DNA of 64,000 nucleotides from the NCBI GenBank assembly GCA_047495785.1, contig JBLDXI010000019.1:806001-870000 (forward strand), given 5' to 3'. Below the pieces are notes generated by a model. That model had not been told where the DNA came from and made no database searches. It saw nothing but the letters and a program-made list of their open reading frames with translations. The position numbers and the translations under genes are program-made. This document shows positions 32,895 through 41,975 of the stretch, piece after piece (within the stretch, counting starts at the first letter, position 1; each line of letters opens with the position of its first letter). Source of the DNA: Lepidodermella squamata. Taxonomy: Eukaryota > Animalia > Gastrotricha.

Positions 32895-34102
32895 GAGGCC
32901 AAGGTTTTGATCTCGTTTGCATCAATCCAACTAGCGGCTTCAATCGGCCAGTTTTGCCATTTCACAAGAGCCTGTTTCTTGCCATTTATAGTGCGATGCT
33001 TCAGAACTTTTTCTATTAAATATGTTTCTTGCGGATGTGCTATCTGAAGCTGCCAATCGTAAAAACTACCTTGAATACGCTTATTCAGAGTATCACGGAG
33101 ATAATACTTGTCGGGGATGGTACAAGTATCTATGCGGTCGATAAAAAAATATTCTTCAGTAAAAATGAAATCTCCTTCTTTGTGAAATAAATCCTTTACA
33201 CGACTAATTCTAACACAATCACCGACAGAAAAAGTCGGTTTGTATAGTAAATTCTTGCGCTTTTCAAGCATCAATTGATCTCTTTTTCCAAAAACATTAT
33301 TGTAAGCAACCAAATTTATAGGATCTTCTGGGGAAGCTAGCCATAATTCTAACGGGGCAACCCTAGTGCTGCGATTTTTCATTTGATTGTAAGACGCTAA
33401 GAAAAAAGGTAAGTAATCGATGTAACGCAGCGTATGATTTGCAATTTGATGCCTCGAAATAGTTCTACGAAGCCAACGGTTGAAAATTTCTATGGGTGAA
33501 CACTTGAACATGGAGGTTGTAGTGTAATAATAAACATTGAATTTTTTAAATATTTTTTTAGCTTCTTTGTTGATAAATTCTCCGCCAGAATCTGTAGTGA
33601 AAGAGCGGCAACGCAAATCAGGTGTTAGGCTGCTCAAAAAATTACTGATCTTCTCAGCAGTGTAATTTCCTTCTTTGTTAAGTAAGGGAATACAGAAAGC
33701 ATAACGCGTAAAACAGTCTTTGATTGTAAGTAAATAGCGGGTTCCATCATTATCTTGGCTTGAATCTTGAACTTCAAGAAGATCACCTAGAAAGAGGTCA
33801 CTTCTAGCATAAACTTCATATTGCATGAATTGCTTCCGGTTTCTTACACTTAGTGGTTTATATAATGAATATGTTCGATCATGGCTCATAATCTCAGCTA
33901 GTTTTTTATGAGTAAGGGAATTTCTCAGCTCTAAGGGTAATGTAGCTTTAAGTGTTGAGTATAATCTGCGCAGGCCTTGAAATGATCCAACATGTTTCGG
34001 ATCATTATAGAAGCTCAAAACAAACGATTTCAAGTCTGACCTGTGGTTTATTTTAGCATCTCCTTCAGCTAGACGTCTCGCATTGTGTTTATTACGTGGC
34101 AT
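32891..34102 (-). CDS. int: Retroviral-like (RVE) integrase with C-terminal chromodomain
   Basis: LGDLLE...YLLTIKDCFTRY, TTDSGGEF, PIEIFNRWLR, FSVGDCVRIS. Chromodomain YLIEKVLKHRTINGKKQALVKWQNWP...SWI. Confidence 0.95.
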   Translation of the reverse strand: MPRNKHNARRLAEGDAKINHRSDLKSFVLSFYNDPKHVGSFQGLRRLYSTLKATLPLELRNSLTHKKLAEIMSHDRTYSLYKPLSVRNRKQFMQYEVYARSDLFLGDLLEVQDSSQDNDGTRYLLTIKDCFTRYAFCIPLLNKEGNYTAEKISNFLSSLTPDLRCRSFTTDSGGEFINKEAKKIFKKFNVYYYTTTSMFKCSPIEIFNRWLRRTISRHQIANHTLRYIDYLPFFLASYNQMKNRSTRVAPLELWLASPEDPINLVAYNNVFGKRDQLMLEKRKNLLYKPTFSVGDCVRISRVKDLFHKEGDFIFTEEYFFIDRIDTCTIPDKYYLRDTLNKRIQGSFYDWQLQIAHPQETYLIEKVLKHRTINGKKQALVKWQNWPIEAASWIDANEIKTLAS

Positions 34103-34105
34103 GAC

Positions 34106-34375
34106 CTAATTCTTCTTTATAGCTAATTTACGGCAAGTAGGGACAACCGAACAATTAGCCATGTGGCTAAATAAATCACCGTTTAAGTGGAATAATAAAT
34201 CATTTATATTATATAACATCCGCTCAGTAGACTCGACAAGTTGCCGCAGGTGAAGGAGTTCGGCTTGAGTATTGCGAACTTCCATAACAGCGAAAAAGCT
34301 GATTAAAATGGTAACCAGGGATAGCAGCAATAGGATCGGTAAAACAGCACGCGGAATATCTGTTGTTTGATGCAT
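34106..34375 (-). CDS. Small TM/coiled-coil protein
   Basis: Hydrophobic helix followed by a heptad-like segment; 3 bp from the integrase start. Confidence 0.5.
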   Translation of the reverse strand: MHQTTDIPRAVLPILLLLSLVTILISFFAVMEVRNTQAELLHLRQLVESTERMLYNINDLLFHLNGDLFSHMANCSVVPTCRKLAIKKN

Positions 34376-34539
34376 AATAAATTACGAAGACTTTAAAAAC
34401 GGGGAAATTTACCGATAGCCATATTTTTATTTCTGCTGCGAATTTTGAAAATTGATAGATAATGATGAAAGTAGAAATAATGATTTTAGCTTAAAAAAAG
34501 ACGGCACGCGATTAATCTTCCCTCATTCATTAAATCATT

Positions 34540-35319
34540 TTATTGTTGTTTGATATACAGAAAAAAAGGCGCCAATTTAACAAATGCTATTTTTATAAGA
34601 GATAACGAAAAACAGCCGCTCATAATCATTTTTCCAGTGTGAAACAGTGTGGCAGATACATTTAACTTTGGTTCATTTTCATTAGTGCTGACTTTGGAGA
34701 AAACACGTATACGCAACCCAGGAAAAAATTCTGGTTGGTAAACGCATATTTTAGGAAATTGAAAAGCTAGCAGGCTAAGATTGACAGTTTTATGTAAATC
34801 GTAGAACAATACTATATTAGTAATTATTGGGTCACGGATTATCAACCGTCGATTAACAATTTTTCTGAGTGTAGCTTGAAGAACTCCAAAAGCAGTAACA
34901 CAATTCGAGGCTGTTTTGGTACCACTACAAATTATAGCTCCGGATGAAAATAATAAAAACGTCGCGTTAAAAGCAGGTACTTTATAGAACAAAGCACTCG
35001 ACATTTTTTTTGGGTTATATTTTGCACAAGGTAAAATTAGGGCTAGACTATCTAAATTAAATAGAAAATTTGACCTTGATTTAGCCATAATATTTGAAAT
35101 AGAGTAATCAATATCATATTGTATATTATTTACTTCCATATTTAATGGTGGGGATTTCAATAGAAAAAAAGGTTCAGTGCTAGATTGTAGCTTTAAATCA
35201 ACAGGATAGGATATAGTCAAATTTATGATCGTGGTCGACTGTGATGCGGCTGATTGAAGGCTTGTAACATACTTGATTTCAGCTGTTTCTGTTTGAACTT
35301 TGCGATAGGTTGAGGGCAA
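34540..35319 (-). CDS. TATA-binding protein (TBP)-like protein; start uncertain (first ATG of the core at 35139)
   Basis: Two TBP repeats: SNIMA...AKYNPKKM...ATFLLFSSGAIICSGTK and TNIV...VYQPEFFPGL...ATLFHTGKMIMSG...AFVKLAPF. Confidence 0.88.
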   Translation of the reverse strand: MPSTYRKVQTETAEIKYVTSLQSAASQSTTIINLTISYPVDLKLQSSTEPFFLLKSPPLNMEVNNIQYDIDYSISNIMAKSRSNFLFNLDSLALILPCAKYNPKKMSSALFYKVPAFNATFLLFSSGAIICSGTKTASNCVTAFGVLQATLRKIVNRRLIIRDPIITNIVLFYDLHKTVNLSLLAFQFPKICVYQPEFFPGLRIRVFSKVSTNENEPKLNVSATLFHTGKMIMSGCFSLSLIKIAFVKLAPFFLYIKQQ

Positions 35320-35651
35320 ATCATGACCAAAAAAGAGGCGACAGAATCTTGCTTTCGTGACTCATGATTGGTAATTGGAACAGCTGGTTTATTTTTCGCC
35401 TTGCATGGCGTTTTCGCCGATTTAGCAACTGATTTCTTCTCAGTACCTATGACTTTTTTCTGAATTTTATGTTTAGCATTGCGTTTCGGTTGATTACGAA
35501 CCGCAGTTTTTGCTAATCTAGAGGCTGATGTTTGTTCAACAGGTTCCTTGGTAAACGTACTCGTATTCGGTTCATTCAGGTTTATTGGTACGAAATCATT
35601 GTTAGAAAAAAACAATGGAGAAGCCGGAGATGAATTGAAGAAAGCTTCCAT
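35223..35651 (-). CDS. Basic low-complexity ORF, possibly the N-terminal part of the TBP-like gene
   Basis: Lys-rich ORF overlapping the TBP frame; junction unresolved. Confidence 0.4.
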   Translation of the reverse strand: MEAFFNSSPASPLFFSNNDFVPINLNEPNTSTFTKEPVEQTSASRLAKTAVRNQPKRNAKHKIQKKVIGTEKKSVAKSAKTPCKAKNKPAVPITNHESRKQDSVASFLVMICPQPIAKFKQKQLKSSMLQAFNQPHHSRPRS

Positions 35652-35819
35652 AAATTCAGTAAGAAGAATAATATTCAAAGTTCTTGCGTTTGAAATGAAA
35701 AATGATCGAATGACGGAAGCCGGCCGCGGTGATTGGTTGGAGTTGCTGAGCCCCAGAACCTTCTGATTAGGAATGAATAAATAACAAAGGCATTATATAA
35801 ATAAAATAAACTGACCAAA

Positions 35820-36626
35820 TTAGGTCGAAGAGCTGTTGTTGAAAGGTAAGACGGTAGCGACAGGTTGTAGTGCGATGGAGCGTTGCATGATGCCCGGCCA
35901 TTTACTATTCGCACCTTCCTGCTGACCATTAAGAACATCGATGACTGATGCCCATGGAATTTTCTGAGCGTGTTGATAGGGTGGAGGTACGACGTTCTGC
36001 ATTTCTACTGAGACCCTACGACCTGCCCGAAGTAAAAGGTAGAATATGTGCCGCAGGTTTACGCTGACACCATTAAAGTTTTTTAACAAATCGTAAAATA
36101 AATGTTGGATGTAGATATATCGGCCTTCGGTGTAGGTAGGGTGTGCCGTTAGGCCATACCAGAAACTTTCTTCCAGGCCAGACACAATAATAGGGTTAGG
36201 GCTATCGTCGAGGCAATCATCCAAAAGGTAATCACTTTCAGTAAAAATAATTGAGTGACAAATGGACGACCATAAATCATCCTGGCGAACAAGGAGCGTG
36301 GTAGTATCATTTAGGATGCTCTTCCATAAATCATGCCCAACGATGGAAGCACAGGTAGCTAAATTATATTCGGCAAAATGTTGAAAATTCGTGCCATCGT
36401 GGGTTGATGGGAAGAGACGAGCAACGGCTCTTTTGTAGCCGAGATAAACATGATCGATAGTAATATGTTGGCCTTTCGAGTTGGCAATCAAATCGAATAT
36501 GGCGACTTCAGCGAATGTAATGCGTCCAGAGAGGGTATTTAGTGATATATTTAATGATTTCGGAGGAAAAAGTAAATCTTCTCGGTAGAAAATCGCTTCA
36601 TAAGATTCATCATAGCCAATAATCAT
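35820..36626 (-). CDS. Hypothetical Polinton protein (268 aa)
   Basis: Long ORF with globular composition inside the element; no recognised motif. Confidence 0.6.
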   Translation of the reverse strand: MIIGYDESYEAIFYREDLLFPPKSLNISLNTLSGRITFAEVAIFDLIANSKGQHITIDHVYLGYKRAVARLFPSTHDGTNFQHFAEYNLATCASIVGHDLWKSILNDTTTLLVRQDDLWSSICHSIIFTESDYLLDDCLDDSPNPIIVSGLEESFWYGLTAHPTYTEGRYIYIQHLFYDLLKNFNGVSVNLRHIFYLLLRAGRRVSVEMQNVVPPPYQHAQKIPWASVIDVLNGQQEGANSKWPGIMQRSIALQPVATVLPFNNSSST

Positions 36627-36710
36627 AGCAACTTATTTGACCTTGCTATCCCTACCTTAATCTTTGCTTTTATTCGATTTTCCTTGAGTAAAAAAATGTT
36701 TCTTATATTT

Positions 36711-36950
36711 TTTAGATTACAGTTAAGTTGGATTGATAGGAGAAAGTAAAGTTTATTTACAAAACAAGTTAATGGACATATCAGGAAAGAAAGGAGTATT
36801 TATAAATGCTAATGGCCAAAGTAAAAAATATTTATTATATTTTAGATTAAAGTTAAGGGGGATTGATAGGAGAAAGTAATGTTTATTTACAAAAAAGGTT
36901 AATGGAAAGTAAGGTGTATTTATATAAGCTAATGGACAAAGCAGGAAAAA
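36711..36950. repeat. About 130-bp tandem duplication in a divergent intergenic region, with TATA-like boxes
   Basis: TTTAGATTA.AGTTAAG..GGATTGATAGGAGAAAGTAA.GTTTATTTACAAAA at 36711 and 36841. Confidence 0.8.
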
Positions 36951-37019
36951 AGATGAGCTAGCTTGAGTTCTTAGATTACTGTATCTAATCAAGTATCTTT
37001 TTGGAAACTAAGAAAATTG

Positions 37020-37295
37020 ATGGAAGCAGAAGACATGTAAGTTTGGTTCTTTTTTAAAAAATCTTGAATAAATTCTGTTATGTTTAGTCGTGAACGCTTA
37101 TATCAAGCACTGCTAAGCATTGACCATCTGCAACGAGCAATGACAGCAGCTATAAACGAAATGTTGAACACACAATTGGAGGTTGAACAATTGATCAATG
37201 ATGCATCACGATTTATGATAGCAACTCGAGCAAGAGATCAGGCATGCAGCCTAGATTGTGGTGATTGGAATTGTAATTACTGTTACAAAGATTGA
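37020..37295 (+). CDS. Small coiled-coil protein with C-terminal Cys cluster (exons 37020-37036, 37088-37295)
   Basis: 51-nt GTAAGT...TTTAG intron gives MEAEDIRERLYQ...CSLDCGDWNCNYC. AATAAA at about 37305. Confidence 0.6.
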
Positions 37296-37476
37296 AAAAT
37301 TAAAAATAAATTATCATGTGTGCATTTTTTATATTACAAATTAATTCCCAGAAAGAATGCAAAAGCATGACTCATAATAGTTTTAGAAAAAAAGTATGCC
37401 CGCTGTATATTTTATCATAAACATTGCGTACATTTATGGGGCAACGGATAAAACGCACTTATATATTTATGTGAAA

Positions 37477-37661
37477 CGGTTATAGTAAAAATGACCGTAG
37501 TGCTATTACTGATACAACGCTCGTATATTTATGCCAAATGGCTATAGTAAAAATCGCCGTACTGCCATTACTGATCCCAAATTGCGTATATTTATACCAA
37601 ACGGCTATAGTAAAAATCGCCGTACTGCCATTACTGATCCAAAGTTCCCATCCTTACTACT
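37477..37661 (-). repeat. Right terminal inverted repeat
   Basis: Reverse complement of the left TIR; inner units diverge. Confidence 0.92.
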
Positions 37662-38185
37662 CATTTCAAGGTGATAGGTGACAAGTAAAAAGTCTTTTGT
37701 TTTTGCCTCTTCATTCACGTCGTAATAAACCGCTTTTTTTACTTGTCACCCGTGACATTGAAACGGATGTAAACAAGCCTTAATCCGAGTTTTTCAACGC
37801 CGCTAACGATATGTATTGCAATCCACGGGCAACTGGATTTCTCCTTCTAAATTCAAATGATGTTTCTTGGTTAAGGACATGGTCTGGGAGCTTTCTAGTT
37901 GAAAGCAGATCACTCACTTTACGTTCTCTATTATCGCGCATGTTTCCCACTGAAATCCGGTAAAGTTTTATTTCGGTGTAAAATGGGTCCGCTTTAGTGC
38001 GTTGTAATTTTTTATTTTTTTTTACGATGCGTGACAACAGCGAACACCAGGGAACAGCAAAATCCTGCTGCAAATGCTCCCCTCTATTTCGAGTGAAAAG
38101 GGAGGTTGACATAACATGCCCACTAATAGGGAGTTCAATAGAAAAATATTTCAGATCGGAGAGTTCTTAGTTCAGAGTTAAATAG

Positions 38186-40558
38186 CTAATTTGTGCTTGC
38201 ATGGGACTTCTGAGGAAAAAGCAGGATTGCGCCAGTCGATGCAGAATATATGAGTTCGACAATGGCGAGAGCGATCAGCATGGTACAAGAACTTCGCATT
38301 GCCTGAATGACAACAATAATCAAAGTTCCAGCCCCTATTACAGCCAAGGAGTTCACTGTCGACAGTCTAATCAAGTTTATCCTGAATTTGATTATTTCTG
38401 GGAAGATACGCCTTCGAATGGAGAGTGACAGAAAGTTAGCAAGGAGCAGCAACAGGAAATTGTAGCCCAAAATCGGTCCAATGGAATACAGGTGTTTTGA
38501 AGTACAGAGCTTTGACGTGACGCTGAAATATGAATCATTGATCTCATCGAACTGAACTGGCGTTGTAATATTTACAACGTCGAGGTCGTCCAAAATCATT
38601 CCTAAGCAAATTATCATACTCCCAATAAGGGCAAATACTGATGTGAAAAGTATGATGTATTTTCCGTGTCCATCGGAGGTGTCTATGAAGGAGGGACGAT
38701 GGACACTGGGGTTACTTTGATCCGTCGGATACATTTTTGGCGAAGGCACCAGTATAGTTGAGCTTCTGCGAAATGAAGACCCCCTCCGTTCTTCATACCT
38801 GGTGAATTTAGCGTAGCAAAGGAGGAAAGAAAACAAAAAGCTGTGAATGATAGTCAGTGGAGCAGCTAATAGAGCCGGTCTAATGTTACATTCGATTTCA
38901 GGAACGTATTTTCCTGCCAGCATCGTGAATGGAGAATCCAAGTTCACTATTAAAAGGCTGATGAATACGAGTGCACTACCCGCCCTTTTTTCGACAACAT
39001 AATCTCTTTGTGATGATACGTCGAGCAAGCTCAGAATAAACAATGCTATTTGCGAGATTTCCACAAGTGCGCTTAAAGATATGACAGCATTTGAAATTCC
39101 GCCATCGCATGTCTCCAGGCGAATATCGATCAGCGATAAGTCTTTTGGCGGGTCGCCAGATTTCGTCGGCCATCTAAAGGTCCGATCAATAACAGTGGTG
39201 TTGTATTTCGCGACTTTATTGATGTCCAGGGTGTAAGACACCCTCGCGATATTTTTACGATCGACGTAGTTGATAGGGGAGATGATAATGTAGTCTTCGA
39301 CAAACTCACGCAGCTCATTCATTCCCAGAAATCCAATTCTCAGCCCTGTGAAGTTGATATTTCGAGTCGTGTCGTTCATAGTGCTCATAACCTGCAGTGG
39401 GTTGTTGCGGAAATCTTTCAGCGTCATGTTTCTTCGTTTCCTAAGAGCTAATTCTGTTTCATGGAGTGCGATCACCGCGAACATGATTGAATCATGGCAC
39501 AAAAACCTCATCCAATCGTCTACAAGGGGTAAATATTGAGCTCTTGATGATGCTATCTCTGAACGAAGCTTCGACTCGAACTCAGCCATGCCATATCCGA
39601 AAGATGTGACTGGGTAAGGACTTGAAGGACCTGCGTCCCAATTGACGTATACAGTCGTCTGAAGTTGATAGAACAATATTTCTTCGGTGCAAATAGATGT
39701 AGGTATGCCAGTAGAAGCACAGTTTACAGCGGCAACAAAGGCGTACATTGGTGCTCGTTTACCCCATAGATACATCTGGCAAAGGATGTACTGGCAGTCA
39801 TAGCTGGCTAGTACTCCAACTACTATAATTCTAACACTGCCTAAATCTTGATCAGCTGTAGACCTCGAGAAGTCTGGACCATCGAATACGAAAATGTATT
39901 GCGCCACATCGATGCCATCACTTGTTAGCAATTGTTGAACTTTTTCCGTCAGCATCACGTTATTTGTGTTGTAGCGGAAAGTAACCATACCTACTCGCTT
40001 CCAATGCCCAAACGACTCCACAACTTCTCGTATGACATCTGCATATCGATACCTCGCAGCTTTCGGAGAGTAGACATTGGTGTATAGATGTCGACGTTCC
40101 CACATTATGTCTTCGGAGCAGCCATGAGCGATCATAAGGTAGCCTTGAGTTTTTAAAGCTAAGGCTAAGCGATTACAATCGCCTGTGGGCCCAAAGATAA
40201 CTGGTGCAGCGTAAGTATTACGAGGACGATCTTGGCGTAAAAAGTTGATGACATTGGCCATAATCACGCCTTGTTCTTGCTCCCGAACGTCCTGGACAAG
40301 CCTGTAACCTGGCAGTAGATCTGGGCGAGAATTGACGTAATCTAGCATTATTTGGACAGTGGCATTGCAGACTGGATATCGTACAGTTGGCCAAAGAGCT
40401 AGTAGAACGAGCGTATCAGTCTTCCCTGGAGCCGCGTAGCTACTATTGCCAGACATCTGCATCGTCCCATAAGTCGGGATGCCTTTCAGCCATGCGAGGA
40501 CAAAGTTTATTAGAAACAATCGAAGCATTTGTTGAGAAATTGCGGAATGACGACGCAT
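38186..40558 (-). CDS. Class C (GABA-B-like) GPCR, intronless; paralog 2
   Basis: Colinear with and highly similar to 15374-17767. Confidence 0.8.
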   Translation of the reverse strand: MRRHSAISQQMLRLFLINFVLAWLKGIPTYGTMQMSGNSSYAAPGKTDTLVLLALWPTVRYPVCNATVQIMLDYVNSRPDLLPGYRLVQDVREQEQGVIMANVINFLRQDRPRNTYAAPVIFGPTGDCNRLALALKTQGYLMIAHGCSEDIMWERRHLYTNVYSPKAARYRYADVIREVVESFGHWKRVGMVTFRYNTNNVMLTEKVQQLLTSDGIDVAQYIFVFDGPDFSRSTADQDLGSVRIIVVGVLASYDCQYILCQMYLWGKRAPMYAFVAAVNCASTGIPTSICTEEILFYQLQTTVYVNWDAGPSSPYPVTSFGYGMAEFESKLRSEIASSRAQYLPLVDDWMRFLCHDSIMFAVIALHETELALRKRRNMTLKDFRNNPLQVMSTMNDTTRNINFTGLRIGFLGMNELREFVEDYIIISPINYVDRKNIARVSYTLDINKVAKYNTTVIDRTFRWPTKSGDPPKDLSLIDIRLETCDGGISNAVISLSALVEISQIALFILSLLDVSSQRDYVVEKRAGSALVFISLLIVNLDSPFTMLAGKYVPEIECNIRPALLAAPLTIIHSFLFSFLLCYAKFTRYEERRGSSFRRSSTILVPSPKMYPTDQSNPSVHRPSFIDTSDGHGKYIILFTSVFALIGSMIICLGMILDDLDVVNITTPVQFDEINDSYFSVTSKLCTSKHLYSIGPILGYNFLLLLLANFLSLSIRRRIFPEIIKFRINLIRLSTVNSLAVIGAGTLIIVVIQAMRSSCTMLIALAIVELIYSASTGAILLFPQKSHASTN

Positions 40559-40972
40559 CTGGCGGGGTGTTACGTTGGGAAGTAATTCAATGCGCTAAAA
40601 GCGTCTAGCATCTATCCCTGCTTCCTTCCTCCTGGAGAAGCCAATAAAGACTTTTCACTTTGAAACAGTACTAATCAGGATTATTCACAGATTAAAGTAT
40701 CCTGTCTGTGTATAGAGAACTGTTCTCTATGTGTCTGTGGGATATAAATTCATCGCTTGCCTAAATGTATATCCCAGACGAAATTGAAAACATCTTCCTT
40801 AAATAATCCTGGGAGCGCATACAGGTAACGTCCGATTAAAGACTGCTCTCAATGGGGAAGCTCTACCTAAAACTCCGCTTTCGAGTCGCATTCATGGAAA
40901 AGAAGGATATGATATGCATATAAGAGTATCCTGTCTGTGGGATTTAAATTCAACGCCGCCCCAATTCATCGG

Positions 40973-41135
40973 CGGGGCCGGCGACAGAACGACTTGCCTA
41001 GAATCGAAACAGACAGGGTAATGCATTCGATGCGTATTGATAAAACTGGCGTTCTTGTGATTAATCACGCGACTGACTTGGCGAAGATGCAAAAAGCTTC
41101 TGTTCTACGCAAGTCGTTCTGTCGCTTTCCCCGCT
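40973..41135. mobile_element. Short palindromic MITE-like element
   Basis: GCGACAGAACGACTTGCCTAGAA (40981) pairs with TTCTACGCAAGTCGTTCTGTCGC (about 41103-41125). Internal segment resembles 46740-46790. Confidence 0.55.
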
Positions 41136-41225
41136 ATTCGCGATATCTCAGAATGAAATTGAAACTTCTACCTTAAATAATCCTGGGAGCGCATATGAGT
41201 AATGGCTGATTAAAGACTGCTCTCA

Positions 41226-41966
41226 ATGGGGAAGCTCTTCCGAACTCTGTTCTCGAGTTGCATTCGCGGAAAAGAAGGATCAAATCAGAAAAGCAAGGCG
41301 GCGTCAAAATCTGTTAAAATTCACCTGCGTGCTGGCTTTGGCCGAACGAAAGTAACCTTAAGGTATCACTGGTCAAAAAAGCCCCAAATCAGTCCACAAA
41401 TTGTTGGCAAAAAGCCGCCTCCAGATCTTTCTGGGAGAAATAATCCATCAACAAAATGCTTTTGCACTTCAAGCTTCAACTCCGAACCAATGCAAAGCCC
41501 TGGAACTCGTGACCGCTACAAAGGTTGTCATAATTCTTCTGATTAAGCTATTGATATTAATTTTGTTTTGTTTCCAGATTTGCAAATCCAGCAAGCACGC
41601 CAACTTCGACTCTTAGCTACGAAACATCGCTCACTTGGCCCTAGTTACCACCGCTATGCCGAATTCGACAACAAGTTGGCAGCCAGCTTGTTTTTTAAGG
41701 CTTATAATCGCAGTGCTGATGTTTTAATATTGAGAGAACTCCTTCCGTTCGAAGCTTTGGACTACGTAAAAATGGCGTTCTCGAGGATTTTAAACGTAGC
41801 CAGCAAGTCCGATATACAACTGCGCATCGTGTTTGATGAAGACCAAGCTGGATGGGGCATATGCCGTATGGTCAATGAGTTTATTAGACAAAACAAATTT
41901 TGTAAGTTCACAAAACTGCTGAGCCAGCATGAGATTCAAGTAATGATTACAAATCACGATGAATAA
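41226..41966 (+). CDS. Probable two-exon gene with degenerate DUF1771/Smr-like C-terminus
   Basis: AEFDNKLAASLFFKAYN followed by ADVLILRELLPFEAL...LRIVF resembles the DUF1771-Smr spacing. DLH and GxG motifs are absent. Confidence 0.35.
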
Positions 41967-41975
41967 ACTCTATTT

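Larger units (their letters stand above)
18259..37661. mobile_element. Complete Polinton/Maverick (adintovirus-like, group 2 type) endogenous viral element, 19,403 bp
   Basis: Ends 5'-AGTAGT...ACTACT-3'. The first 32 bp are a perfect inverted repeat. 6-bp TSD CATTTC at 18253-18258 and 37662-37667. Contains pPolB, RVE integrase, MCP, penton, adenain and ATPase. Confidence 0.97.

Noticed and set aside
37780-38112. 110-aa ORF next to the element
   Set aside because: Outside the TSD, overlaps the hairpin repeat, no motif.
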